A stretch of 64,000 bases of DNA, taken from contig CAZVEX010000001.1 of NCBI GenBank assembly GCA_964625535.1, positions 295 to 64,294 of the forward strand, given 5' to 3'. Under the pieces are notes generated by a model. It saw only the letters and a program-made list of their open reading frames with translations. It was not told where the DNA came from and ran no database searches. Below are positions 34,255-44,434 of the stretch, one piece after another (positions within the stretch are counted from its first letter, which is position 1; each line of letters begins with the position of its first letter). The position numbers and the translations under genes are program-made. Origin of the DNA: an uncultured Gammaproteobacteria bacterium (GTDB taxonomy: Bacteria; Patescibacteriota; Microgenomatia; Daviesbacterales; UBA10151).

Positions 34255-35867
34255 AAAAAACTCTTTTGATCTTAGCTTTAATAACTTTTCCCTCGCTTTT
34301 TCCTTTCTTTAACCCCCAATTTTTTTATACGCAGGATCATATTTTTATAGCCAGGTTGCAACAGATGAGTACCGCCCTGTCCGATGGCCACTTTCCCGTT
34401 CGATGGGCAGCTGATCTTCGTTTTGGCGAGCCGCTTTTTAATTTTTATGCCTCCCTGCCCTATTACCTCGGGGCATTGATAAAACTTTTAGGGTTTAACT
34501 ATATTTGGGTAGCAAAAATCCTTTTTATTTTATCAAGCTTTTTATCTGCCCTGACAATGTACATTTTTTGCCGCAAGCTTTTTAGTCAAAAATCTTCATT
34601 TTTGGCAGTTGCTTTCTACATTTGGGCTCCCTACAGAGCAGTTGATCTTTATGTCAGGGGCGCCCTGTCCGAGGCTTTTGCTTTTATCTTTTTTCCGCTG
34701 ATTTTTTATGCCTCTTTGCTGTTATCTCAAAAAGTAACTTGGGCGAGGATTTCCTTTCTTTCTCTGTCCCTGGGGGGGTTGTTCCTGACGCATAATGTGA
34801 CAACCCTAATCTTTTTGCCATTTTTATTTCTTTGGTGGCTATATTTGTGGATCAAACAAAAAAACTTAAAAGTAGTACTACCTTTTTTCTTCTCGTTTGC
34901 TTTAGGTTTGGGGTTGTCGGCAACCTTTCTTCTTCCGGCAGTTTTGGAAAGAGAGTTGATCCAAACAAAATATTTGCTGGTGGGTTATTTTGATTTTAGG
35001 GCCCATTTTGTGGCATTTTATCAGTTTTTCTCTCCTGTCTGGGGGTACGGAGCATCGCTGTGGGGACCAAAAGACGATATGTCGTTTCAGGTCGGTCTAG
35101 CCCATTGGGCGCTAGTTTTACTTGCTCTGGTTGTAGGATTTATCAAACGAAGCGATAAAAAATTTCTGCTTCTTACTTCGTTTTTATTTTTCAGTTTCTT
35201 TTTGTCTATTTTTTTACAGCACAACAGATCCGCTTTCGTGTGGGAAGCTATCCCTTTAATGGCTTTTATTCAATTTCCCTGGAGATTTTTGGCAATTTCA
35301 GTTTTTACTGTTTCTTTATTGGGAGGGGTAGCGATAGAGCATTTAAAATGGAAGTCTAATATTATTTTTTTTGTGGCGCTTGCCGCAACAATTCTGATTA
35401 ATTTTAACTATTTTAAGCCAAGAAATTATGTGGAGGATGCCTTTTTTGATAAATTTTTAAATAAAGAAAGCATGCACAGGGGAGTGGATTTGACCAAAGA
35501 TTATTTCCCCGTCTGGGTGAAGTTTGACAGGGTAGAGTATTTCCCAACTCCCAGGGCCAATACCGGAGAAATTGAAGTTTTAAGCTTTGAAAAAAAGACC
35601 GCCGCAGCCAAAGGAGAGATTAAGGTTTTATCCGAAGCGCAAATAGAAGTGCCAATTACTTATTTTCCCGGCTGGGAAGTTAAAGCCAACAATGAGCGGG
35701 TAAATTTATCAGAACCTTCTTTACAGGGACTGATTACTTTTAAGCTTCCTAAGGGGGAATACCAAATAGATTTGGCATTAAAAGATACTCCTGTTAGAAT
35801 AATAGGAAACCTGGTGAGTTTTGCAACCATTTTATTGCTTCTTATAACTTATGCTAAATCTCGCTAA
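34251..35867 (+). CDS. YfhO / PTPS-related-family large membrane protein (putative GT-C glycosyltransferase)
   Basis: N-terminus TQDHIFIARLQQM...HFPVRWAADL, then ~12 TM helices and a C-terminal beta-rich domain. It is a paralog of the next gene. Confidence 0.5.
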   Translation: MKKTLLILALITFPSLFPFFNPQFFYTQDHIFIARLQQMSTALSDGHFPVRWAADLRFGEPLFNFYASLPYYLGALIKLLGFNYIWVAKILFILSSFLSALTMYIFCRKLFSQKSSFLAVAFYIWAPYRAVDLYVRGALSEAFAFIFFPLIFYASLLLSQKVTWARISFLSLSLGGLFLTHNVTTLIFLPFLFLWWLYLWIKQKNLKVVLPFFFSFALGLGLSATFLLPAVLERELIQTKYLLVGYFDFRAHFVAFYQFFSPVWGYGASLWGPKDDMSFQVGLAHWALVLLALVVGFIKRSDKKFLLLTSFLFFSFFLSIFLQHNRSAFVWEAIPLMAFIQFPWRFLAISVFTVSLLGGVAIEHLKWKSNIIFFVALAATILINFNYFKPRNYVEDAFFDKFLNKESMHRGVDLTKDYFPVWVKFDRVEYFPTPRANTGEIEVLSFEKKTAAAKGEIKVLSEAQIEVPITYFPGWEVKANNERVNLSEPSLQGLITFKLPKGEYQIDLALKDTPVRIIGNLVSFATILLLLITYAKSR

Positions 35868-37548
35868 ATCACACAAAGAATTTGTTATTGGTTTAATGCT
35901 GACTCTAGCTTTACTTTGGCCGCTTTTTTGGGCTCCCTTTTTTTCCCATCATGACGATGTTCAGGTCATTAGACTTTACGAGATGGATAAATGCGTCAAA
36001 GACGGACAACTGCCCTGCCGCTGGGTACCTGATTTAGGCGGTTTGTACGGCTATCCTATTTTTAACTACTACGGCCCTCTTCCATATTATTTTGGTGAAA
36101 TTTTTTATTTGCTAACTGGCAACCTGATTTTTTCCGTCAAGACAATGTTTGCCGTATCTTTTGTCGCCTCCTACGTATTTATGTTTCTTTTGGCCAGAAA
36201 ATTTTGGGGAAAGATGGGAGGCGCTCTATCGGCGATATTTTATAGTTTCGCCCCATATCATGCAGTAAATTTATATGTTAGGGGAGCCATGGGGGAGCTG
36301 TGGGCTTTAATGTTTTTTCCAGCTATATTATGGGGTTTGGTCAGATTGCAGGAAAAGTTAAGTATTGCCAATCTGGTCATAGCAGCACTTTTTATGGCAG
36401 CACTTTTCACCTCGCATAATTTATCAACCATACTTTTTCTGCCGGTAATTTTAATTTGGATTTTGGTTTTATATTTCCACAAAAGAGTTAAAAAATTTAT
36501 TCTCTACAGCGGCCTGGCTATTTTTTTGGCAGCTGTTGTTTCTTCTTTTTACCTTTTGCCGATGGTTTTGGAAAAAAATTTGGTCCATGTTGACACCACC
36601 ACATACGGTTACTTTTCCTATACGGAACATTTTAAAGGATTTAGGAAATTGCTGGAGCGGTCATGGGGTTTTGGTTCCTCCGTCAGAGAAGTGCCCGGAG
36701 GGGAAAAAGACGGACTTTCCTTTCAGATCGGCTGGGTTCATCTTCTGGGTTGGATTCTGGCTCTCTATGTGGCTAAACGATTTTGGGCGTCTCAAAAAAA
36801 TTTGAGTTTGATCATTATTTTTTCATCACTTGTTATTTCTTTTGCCGGTTTCATGATTAATCCCAGATCTGAATTTATATGGAAGATGGTTGAACCCTTA
36901 AAATTTTTGCAGTTTCCCTGGAGATTTTTACTCCTGATTATTTTCTTTATTTCCTTTATAGCGGGAAGCGCTGCCCTATTAAAAAGCAAAAAAATTATTA
37001 TTTCTATGATTGTGGCGGTTTTCCTTGTAAATTTTTTCTATTTTAGACCGGAAAAATTTATTAATGTGACGGATCAGGAGCTTTTATCAGGCGAACACTG
37101 GGACAGGCAAATTAAAAGATCTATTTTTGATTATTTGCCCATTTTTGCCAAAGAGCCGCCCGCAGAACTCGCCAAAGAAAGGTATCAAATTTTAACAGGA
37201 GAAACAAAAATAATGAATTTTCAGGAAGGCACCAACTGGTTTAAATTTAAAGCGGAGGTAACTTCACACTCGATCATCCGTCTTTCCCAATACTATTTTC
37301 CCGACTGGAAGATAACGATTGATGGAAAAGGGGCGCCCATAGAGTATAAAGATAATACTTTGGGTCAAATGACAATTATCTTAGGGAAAGGCAATCATCA
37401 AATAGAGGGGAGATTGTATGATACGCCGGTTCGCACTATTGCTAATTTTGTCACAATTTTTGGATTAGGAGTGACAGTTCTACTGTTTTTGATCCAATTT
37501 CCGGCAGTTCGAAAATGGATTTTATATTACAGAAAGGGAATTAATTGA
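35851..37548 (+). CDS. YfhO / PTPS-related-family large membrane protein, paralog of 34251..35867
   Basis: SHHDDVQVIRLYEM...QLPCRWVPDLGG parallels the upstream paralog. APYHAVNLYVRGAMGELWALMFFP matches APYRAVDLYVRGALSEAFAFIFFP. Confidence 0.5.
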   Translation: MLNLAKSHKEFVIGLMLTLALLWPLFWAPFFSHHDDVQVIRLYEMDKCVKDGQLPCRWVPDLGGLYGYPIFNYYGPLPYYFGEIFYLLTGNLIFSVKTMFAVSFVASYVFMFLLARKFWGKMGGALSAIFYSFAPYHAVNLYVRGAMGELWALMFFPAILWGLVRLQEKLSIANLVIAALFMAALFTSHNLSTILFLPVILIWILVLYFHKRVKKFILYSGLAIFLAAVVSSFYLLPMVLEKNLVHVDTTTYGYFSYTEHFKGFRKLLERSWGFGSSVREVPGGEKDGLSFQIGWVHLLGWILALYVAKRFWASQKNLSLIIIFSSLVISFAGFMINPRSEFIWKMVEPLKFLQFPWRFLLLIIFFISFIAGSAALLKSKKIIISMIVAVFLVNFFYFRPEKFINVTDQELLSGEHWDRQIKRSIFDYLPIFAKEPPAELAKERYQILTGETKIMNFQEGTNWFKFKAEVTSHSIIRLSQYYFPDWKITIDGKGAPIEYKDNTLGQMTIILGKGNHQIEGRLYDTPVRTIANFVTIFGLGVTVLLFLIQFPAVRKWILYYRKGIN

Positions 37549-37549
37549 T

Positions 37550-39004
37550 ATGGATCCTACCGAGGAAATCAATATTGAAATGGTTAAGCGAAGAACAGTC
37601 AGCGGAGCAGCCATTTTAACAGTTAGAACTTTTTTGATGCAAATAGTATCTTTAATAGCGACCGCGCTTTTAACGTTTTTTTTAAATCCTGCGCAATATG
37701 GAACTTTTTTCTTGGTTTCCGCAGTTATTAGTTTTTTGGCATATTTTGGCGACATAGGTTTTGCGGCCAGCTTAATTCAAAAAAAAGATAAATTGCAGGA
37801 TATTGAACTACGAACTATTTTTACTACTCAACAAACACTGGTGTTTTTTCTTATCGCCATAGTTTTTATATCTACTCCTTACTTAAAAAATTTTTATCAT
37901 TTTGACGATAGCGCAATCTATCTTCTTTGGGCTCTTGCTTTTTCGCTTCTTCTTTCATCACTGAAGACTATACCGACTGTTTTATTGGAGAGAAAACTGG
38001 AGTTTAATAAATATGTTATTCCCCAGATTCTGGAAGTTTTAGTATTTAATGCTACTGCGGTATATCTTGCTTGGCGAGGTTTCGGGGTGACTAGTTTTAC
38101 TGTGGCAGTAATACTGCGGGGGGTTGTGGGATTGCTTTCAACATATGCAGTTTCGCCGTGGATTCCCGGGTTTGCATTTTCTCCCCCTTCACTTAAATCT
38201 TTGCTCAAGTTTGGGATTCCTTATCAAGTAAACACTTTTCTTGCCATGATTAAGGACGACGGAATGACTCTTTTTTTAGGAGGGATTTTAGGATCCTCGG
38301 GGATAGGTCTTTTGGGATGGGCTCAAAAATGGGCTTTTTCACCCTTGCGTTTTTTTATGGACCAGGTGATCAAAGTAACTTTTCCCGCTTTTTCCCGGTT
38401 GCAGGATGACAAAAAAGAGCTATCCCTAGCTTTGTCAAAATCAATCTTTTTCATTTGTCTTTTGGTCTTTCCGTCCTTGGCTTTTTTGATACTAGTTGCT
38501 CCAACGCTGGTAGAAATAATTCCAAAGTACAGTAAATGGAGTCCGGCGCTTTTGGCTTTGACTTTTCTTTCGGTCACCTCCGCTTTGGCAGCGATAACTA
38601 CTCCCATAACTAACGCTTTCAATGCAATTGGAAAAATATCAGTCACTTTTAGATTAATGATGATGTGGACCGTTTTAACTTGGCTTTTTGTACCTGCTTT
38701 GGCGCTGATTTATGGGGTAAGTGGCGCAGCTTTTGGCTTTAGCTTGGTAGGAGCGAGTTCGATTATTGCAATGATTCTAGCCTTAAGATATATAGAGATA
38801 AATTATTTGGAGATTATTGGTAAGCCTGCAGTTGCAACGGTGACAACGGGAGGAGTAGTCTTTCTGATAAGAAGCGTTGTCTCAACCTCGCTATTACAAG
38901 TCGTTTTGATGGCGATGGGCGCGCTTATCGTATACGCCCTGACCGTTTTTATAATAGAACCTAAAATTTTATTTTACCTTAAATTGAGAAAACAAAATGT
39001 TTAA
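37550..39004 (+). CDS. Wzx-like oligosaccharide flippase (MOP/polysaccharide biosynthesis protein family)
   Basis: 484 aa with 12-14 TM helices. An N-terminal cytoplasmic stretch is followed by the composition typical of Wzx/RfbX. Confidence 0.6.
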   Translation: MDPTEEINIEMVKRRTVSGAAILTVRTFLMQIVSLIATALLTFFLNPAQYGTFFLVSAVISFLAYFGDIGFAASLIQKKDKLQDIELRTIFTTQQTLVFFLIAIVFISTPYLKNFYHFDDSAIYLLWALAFSLLLSSLKTIPTVLLERKLEFNKYVIPQILEVLVFNATAVYLAWRGFGVTSFTVAVILRGVVGLLSTYAVSPWIPGFAFSPPSLKSLLKFGIPYQVNTFLAMIKDDGMTLFLGGILGSSGIGLLGWAQKWAFSPLRFFMDQVIKVTFPAFSRLQDDKKELSLALSKSIFFICLLVFPSLAFLILVAPTLVEIIPKYSKWSPALLALTFLSVTSALAAITTPITNAFNAIGKISVTFRLMMMWTVLTWLFVPALALIYGVSGAAFGFSLVGASSIIAMILALRYIEINYLEIIGKPAVATVTTGGVVFLIRSVVSTSLLQVVLMAMGALIVYALTVFIIEPKILFYLKLRKQNV

Positions 39005-42000
39005 ATTATTCTACATAATTTTTTTTCTTCTGTTTTTTCTTCCTCACCCGACTTATGCCCAAGGACCTTCATTTATATCCATAGTCAATCCTGTCAGAGG
39101 AGATGATTTTTGGCAAGAGGGGCAAACTGCGGAAAAGGCTGTACTGGGCCAGATAGAAATTTTGCAAAAGAATAATCTTCCGGCAACTTTTCTGCTGCGT
39201 TTTGATGCTTTATCTAAACTAACAATCGTAGAGGCGCTTAAAGATGATCAAAATTTTGAGCAAGGTTTATTTTTGGAAGTGACTCCTACGCTAACTAATG
39301 CGGCCGGGGTAAACTATCGCAAATCCGAAAATTGGCATGATGCCGGTAGCGCTTTTTTGACAGGTTATGTAAGAGGAGAGAGGGAAAAACTAATAGATTC
39401 AGCCTTTGAAAGATTTAAAAGCATATTTGGATTCTTTCCCACGTCAGTGGGAGCTTGGTGGATTGACGCTTACTCCCTGGATTATATGCAAAAAAAATAT
39501 GGTATCAGCGCCTCTTTAATTGTGTCCGACCAATACTCAACAGATAATTATCAGATCTGGGGACAATATTTTTCTACTCCTTATTATCCTTCCAGAAAAA
39601 ATGCCCTGTACCCTGCCCAGACTATTGCAAACAAGCTGCCGGTGGTAATGTTGCAGTGGGCCCCGAGAGATCCTATTAACTCTTATGGAAGTGGAGTTAT
39701 GGAGAGTACTTTTAGCGTCCAGGCAAATGATTATCTTGATTATCATAATCTGGATACAAAATATTTTTCATCCCTTATCGATCTTTATACAAAACAACCA
39801 CTTAATCAATTTGCGCATCTGGTAATAGGTCTTGAAAATTCCTACTCCTGGGAAAAATATCAAGCAGAATACCAAAATCAAATGCAAGTTTTGTTGGAAA
39901 AAAGAAAGAAAGGACAACTTTCTGTTGTCACCATGAAAGATTTTGCTGTTTGGTACAAACAAAATTTTCCCGCTCTGTCTCCGGCCCAGATTATAGTGGC
40001 CGATGACCCGCTGGGATCTTTTAAAAAAGCGGTTTGGTTTATGAATCCATATTATCGGGCCGGCTGGTTTCTCAATCAGGACGGTTCTGTCTTTAGGGAT
40101 ATCAGGCAATACATTGACGGGGAAGAGGAGTTATGTTTTCAAGGCCGTTGCAGTAGTGTTAATTTTGCCACCTCCGCCACCAGAGTTTTGGACGAGGTGA
40201 GCTTCGGGCATAAATGGTTGATAGATGAGGGTAAAGTCTCCGATTTTAAAGCTACAAAGCAGGGTGAGAATTTTATCATCGGTTACAAAAACGAGGCAGG
40301 CAATGTAAAGAAAATAGAATTTTTGCCAAGAGATATTAGCATAGATGGAAAAATATCCTCCATTGACGGAGCCATACTTGAGGTGACAAAGCACCAATTG
40401 GATCAGCAAAAAGATAGGATTGATTTAGCAGCAGGCCCATTTAGGATGTCTTTGCCAAGTGCTGTTTTCAAAATTTTTGCATTCCTGGCATTTTTAGTCA
40501 TTGGAACTCTGGTCCCGGGATTTTTGATGATCAAGAAGGTGGCTCCCGAAGAGTCACCTTTTTGGCAAAGAATTTTTCTTTCGCTAGTTTTGGGGTTTGT
40601 CCTGGCAACCCTACTTTTTTATCTTCTTTCTCTTATTAAATTTAGACAGGGAATTTTCATTTACTTATTTATAAATCTTGCATTGTTTATCAAGATCAGA
40701 AAACAATTTTTTTCCAATATTGCTTTAAAATTTAAGGATAAATTTAGTATTATTTTGGTTTGTTTGATTGGATCCGGTACAGTATTCCAACAGTTACCTG
40801 TTTTCAAAAACGGTCTTAATTTTCCCTATGGCTTAGGGCTTTGGGGGCCGAATACACATGACGGTTTATGGCATGTTAGTTTAATAAATCAGCTCATTAA
40901 ATCTACGCCGCCGGAAAATCCCATTTTTGCCGGGGAAATTTTAAAAAATTATCATTACTTTTATGATTTACTGGTGGCCGTCACCAGCTTTGTAACTCGC
41001 ATTTCCGTTTTAGATCTGTTATTCAGATTTTACCCGGTAATCTTTTCACTGCTTTTAGGGACCGGTACATACTATCTTGTTAAATCCGTGTTCAAAATCC
41101 AAAACAATTTGCAAGGTAAACTGGCAGTTTTATTTTCTCTGTATCTTACATATTTTGCCGGAAGCTTTGGGTGGGTTGTGGAGTTTATTAAGTTTAGGCA
41201 CTTGGGAGGTGAATCTGCTTTTTGGGCGAATCAATCAATTTCTTTTAACTTAAACCCTCCGTTTGCCATTTCGCTTCTCATTGTCATCGCCATATTTGGG
41301 ATTTTGCCAAACCTGAAAAATAAGTTATCTGTAATTGTGATAACCGTCCTTGCGGGAAGTCTAATTGCTTTTAAGGCTTATGCGGCAATTTTAATTTTAC
41401 TAAGTCTTGCTACAGTGGGTATTTTGAAAAGAAACCTACAATATGTGTATGTGTTTTTCTTTAGCGCTTCTTTATCCGCAATACTATTGTTTTTAACTTT
41501 TAATATTGGCGAGCAGTTGATAATTTTTTCTCCTTTTTGGTTTATTCACTCCATGATTGACTCCCCTGACAGGGTGGGGTGGGCCAGGATTACTCTGGCT
41601 AGGATGGCAGGATGGGAAAGCGGCAATTGGTTTAAATTTTTAGCATCAGAAGCAATCAGTTTATCACTCTTTATATTAGGTAATTTAGGAACAAGAGTAG
41701 TTGCCTTATTTAGTTTAACGAGAATTAATAAAATAGTAAAAGACAAAAATTATTTATTTATTTTTGTTTTCGCAACGCTTTCGCTTGTTATTCCGATTTT
41801 ATTTATTCAAGCAGGCAACCCTTGGAATACAATTCAATTTCTTTATTACTTTCTATATATATCAGCCGTGGTAGGAGGAGTCGTATTTGTTAGAATTATT
41901 CAAATGAATAGGATATTTGCATTTATTATTATTGCTATTTTTCTGGTAGTCACACCGATAAATTCTTGGGCTACTGCCAACGGATATTTAAGCTATCAGC

Positions 42001-42413
42001 CTCATGCTTTAATAACAAATTCAGAGTTACAAGCATTGGATTATCTTGCAGACCAACCGGACGGGGTGGTGTTGACATTCCCCTATGACGCAAAATTGAA
42101 AAATAAAATAGCCGAACCATGGCCAATTGTTGCTTATGACAGTACTTCTTACGTATCCGCCCTGTCCACAAAGGCTGTTTTTGTCGAAGATGAACCGCAG
42201 AACCAAATTCTTTTGACAGAGTATAAAAAAAGATTAGTAGCCGCAAAAGATTTTTTTACCAGATTTCCAGCTCTTGCCAATAACTTCTTAGGGGACAACA
42301 ATATAAAATATGTTTATCTTCCAAAAATATTTAATGTGACTTTAGATGATACAAAATTAAGTCTGAATTTAATTTTTGAAAATCAGGAAATATTAATATA
42401 TGAGGTAAAATAG
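38997..42413 (+). CDS. 1138-aa fusion: signal peptide, a ~450-aa extracytoplasmic domain of unknown function, and a ~650-aa GT-C-like polytopic membrane domain
   Basis: The N-terminal domain (GAWWIDAYSLDYMQKKYGISASLIVSDQYSTDNYQIWGQYFSTPYYPS, LQWAPRDPINSYG) is paralogous to the start of the gene at 62523. The membrane domain (GLWGPNTHDGLWHVSL...NPIFAGE...YHYFYDLL) is paralogous to the ORF at 42416. Confidence 0.7.
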   Translation: MFKLFYIIFFLLFFLPHPTYAQGPSFISIVNPVRGDDFWQEGQTAEKAVLGQIEILQKNNLPATFLLRFDALSKLTIVEALKDDQNFEQGLFLEVTPTLTNAAGVNYRKSENWHDAGSAFLTGYVRGEREKLIDSAFERFKSIFGFFPTSVGAWWIDAYSLDYMQKKYGISASLIVSDQYSTDNYQIWGQYFSTPYYPSRKNALYPAQTIANKLPVVMLQWAPRDPINSYGSGVMESTFSVQANDYLDYHNLDTKYFSSLIDLYTKQPLNQFAHLVIGLENSYSWEKYQAEYQNQMQVLLEKRKKGQLSVVTMKDFAVWYKQNFPALSPAQIIVADDPLGSFKKAVWFMNPYYRAGWFLNQDGSVFRDIRQYIDGEEELCFQGRCSSVNFATSATRVLDEVSFGHKWLIDEGKVSDFKATKQGENFIIGYKNEAGNVKKIEFLPRDISIDGKISSIDGAILEVTKHQLDQQKDRIDLAAGPFRMSLPSAVFKIFAFLAFLVIGTLVPGFLMIKKVAPEESPFWQRIFLSLVLGFVLATLLFYLLSLIKFRQGIFIYLFINLALFIKIRKQFFSNIALKFKDKFSIILVCLIGSGTVFQQLPVFKNGLNFPYGLGLWGPNTHDGLWHVSLINQLIKSTPPENPIFAGEILKNYHYFYDLLVAVTSFVTRISVLDLLFRFYPVIFSLLLGTGTYYLVKSVFKIQNNLQGKLAVLFSLYLTYFAGSFGWVVEFIKFRHLGGESAFWANQSISFNLNPPFAISLLIVIAIFGILPNLKNKLSVIVITVLAGSLIAFKAYAAILILLSLATVGILKRNLQYVYVFFFSASLSAILLFLTFNIGEQLIIFSPFWFIHSMIDSPDRVGWARITLARMAGWESGNWFKFLASEAISLSLFILGNLGTRVVALFSLTRINKIVKDKNYLFIFVFATLSLVIPILFIQAGNPWNTIQFLYYFLYISAVVGGVVFVRIIQMNRIFAFIIIAIFLVVTPINSWATANGYLSYQPHALITNSELQALDYLADQPDGVVLTFPYDAKLKNKIAEPWPIVAYDSTSYVSALSTKAVFVEDEPQNQILLTEYKKRLVAAKDFFTRFPALANNFLGDNNIKYVYLPKIFNVTLDDTKLSLNLIFENQEILIYEVK

Positions 42414-42415
42414 TG

Positions 42416-44434
42416 ATGTTGATAATACAGACCTTGTTTCTTGGTTTACTTTTCCTGGTCATTTCGTGGTTTATTTTCTATAACATCGGTTACGCCGTAT
42501 TAGCTTTCAAAAGAAAAGATCTTGAGGATCAGGAGATTATCGCTTTGGCTTTTTCTTTGGGGTTGGTCGTATTTCTGGGAATAGCCCTTTTTTTGGGGCT
42601 CGTTAATTTAAGGTGGCTTCTTTTGCCGCTTGTTTTAGTAGCCGGTTTTTATAATCTGATTAAATACAAAAAAGAAGTTATCGCGCCATGGAAGATCTTT
42701 ATCCGGAGAAAGGTTTTGTTTTGGCTGATTATATTGGGAATTTTAGTCCAGGGGTTTATCAATTTCCCAAGCGGACTTCGCTATTCCGAAGGATTGCTTT
42801 TTTGGAGTTCTCAAGGCCACGACGGCATATGGCATGTCAGTTTAATGGAGGAGATTAGAAAAAATTTTCCTCCCCAAAACCCTATTTTTTCCGGGGAGAA
42901 GCTTTATAATTATCATTATCTGGTTGATGTTTTGATGGGCGATTTCTATCGGATTTTCCCGTTTTTTTCGCCGCTCGACCTGTATTTTAGATTTTTTCCA
43001 ATAATTTTCTCTTTCCTTTTTGGTCTCTGTGTTTTCTCATTTGTCAAAAGATGGCAAGCTAATTACTCAGTGGGATATTTGGCAGTATTTTTTACATATT
43101 TTACCGGAAGCTTCGGTTATGTGGTAACTTTTTTCAGGAATAAAAATTTATTCGGGGGGGAAACGGTTTTTTGGGCCTCTCAAGAAAACACTTTACTGGG
43201 TAACCCACCTCATGCCATTGCCCATATTTTTCTGGTGGCAATACTGCTTTGTCTGTTGTTGTATTTTAGTCAAAGGAAGATATTTTGGTTAATTATCGCT
43301 TTTATTTTGGGAAGTTTACTGTCCGGCTTTAAGGTTTCCGGTGGATTTGTCATGTTGACAGGAGTAGCAGCTGCAGCATTAGTGGATTTAATCTTTAATA
43401 GGAAATGGCACACAACTTTGCTTGCCGTGGTTCTGGGGTTTTCCAATTTTATAACTTTTAAAATGATGACCTCCAAAGAGGCAGCCTCATTTTTAATGTT
43501 TTTGCCCTGGTGGTTTATCAGAACCATGGTGGTGGATAAACTGGGTTGGATGGATCTGGAACTTCGCCGGCAGCACTATCTTTCCAAAGGGACATGGCAT
43601 GCCTATTTGAGAGTGTTTCAGCTTGAAGTAACAGCCTTTTTAATTTTTTTAGTGGGCAATTTGGGAATGAGAATATTGGGATTTTACGGATTGATAAAAG
43701 ATTTATTAACCAAAAAGTTTATCAAAAGTCCTATTGACGCAATGCTTTTTGTGTCGATGTTAACGGGATTTTTGATGGTTATTATCTTTGTGCAAAAGGG
43801 GATTATTTATAACAACATTCAATTTATCCAGTATTCTCTGCTGATCATGGGATTTTACGCTGCAGTATCAACTTATCAATTGCTTATGCGTTTTAAGAAA
43901 AAGCTGATAAGGATTATTATTTTGTTAATGATAGTTTTATTTTCGGTGCCGACAGTGATAGGAAATTTGAATGAGTTTTACGGGCCTGGCAGAAAGCCCC
44001 TGGCTATCATCAGTAATCGGCAGATTCAAGCATTGAGTTTTTTAAAAGCAAACAGTGAACAAAATGACATTGTTTTAACTGTGCCCTTTAATAAATATTT
44101 AAAAGATCGATACAAGAGTGAACCCAGGCCAATAAATGCCTGGTATTCTACGGCCTATGTTTCGGCGCTCACGGCGAGAAATACCTATTTTACTTCGGAG
44201 GAGCAGGCTTTAATTACCGGATACCCCACCGATAAAAAACTGGCGAAGGTAGAAGAGTTTTTTGCGCAAACGGATTTTTCCTACAATAAAAAATTTCTGG
44301 CAGAAGAAGGTATAAAATATTTATATGTTGTTAAAGATGAATTGGATAAACCGTTAAGCGTTCAAGAAAATAATTTGGAAATTATGTTTGAAAATACGGA
44401 GATAATTATCTTTAAAGTTAACCAAAGAGTATGA
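42416..44434 (+). CDS. GT-C-like polytopic membrane protein, stand-alone paralog of the membrane half of 38997..42413
   Basis: LFWSSQGHDGIWHVSL...NPIFSGE...YHYLVDVL is present. The C-terminal ...LEIMFENTEIIIFKV parallels ...LNLIFENQEILIYEV. Confidence 0.65.
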   Translation: MLIIQTLFLGLLFLVISWFIFYNIGYAVLAFKRKDLEDQEIIALAFSLGLVVFLGIALFLGLVNLRWLLLPLVLVAGFYNLIKYKKEVIAPWKIFIRRKVLFWLIILGILVQGFINFPSGLRYSEGLLFWSSQGHDGIWHVSLMEEIRKNFPPQNPIFSGEKLYNYHYLVDVLMGDFYRIFPFFSPLDLYFRFFPIIFSFLFGLCVFSFVKRWQANYSVGYLAVFFTYFTGSFGYVVTFFRNKNLFGGETVFWASQENTLLGNPPHAIAHIFLVAILLCLLLYFSQRKIFWLIIAFILGSLLSGFKVSGGFVMLTGVAAAALVDLIFNRKWHTTLLAVVLGFSNFITFKMMTSKEAASFLMFLPWWFIRTMVVDKLGWMDLELRRQHYLSKGTWHAYLRVFQLEVTAFLIFLVGNLGMRILGFYGLIKDLLTKKFIKSPIDAMLFVSMLTGFLMVIIFVQKGIIYNNIQFIQYSLLIMGFYAAVSTYQLLMRFKKKLIRIIILLMIVLFSVPTVIGNLNEFYGPGRKPLAIISNRQIQALSFLKANSEQNDIVLTVPFNKYLKDRYKSEPRPINAWYSTAYVSALTARNTYFTSEEQALITGYPTDKKLAKVEEFFAQTDFSYNKKFLAEEGIKYLYVVKDELDKPLSVQENNLEIMFENTEIIIFKVNQRV

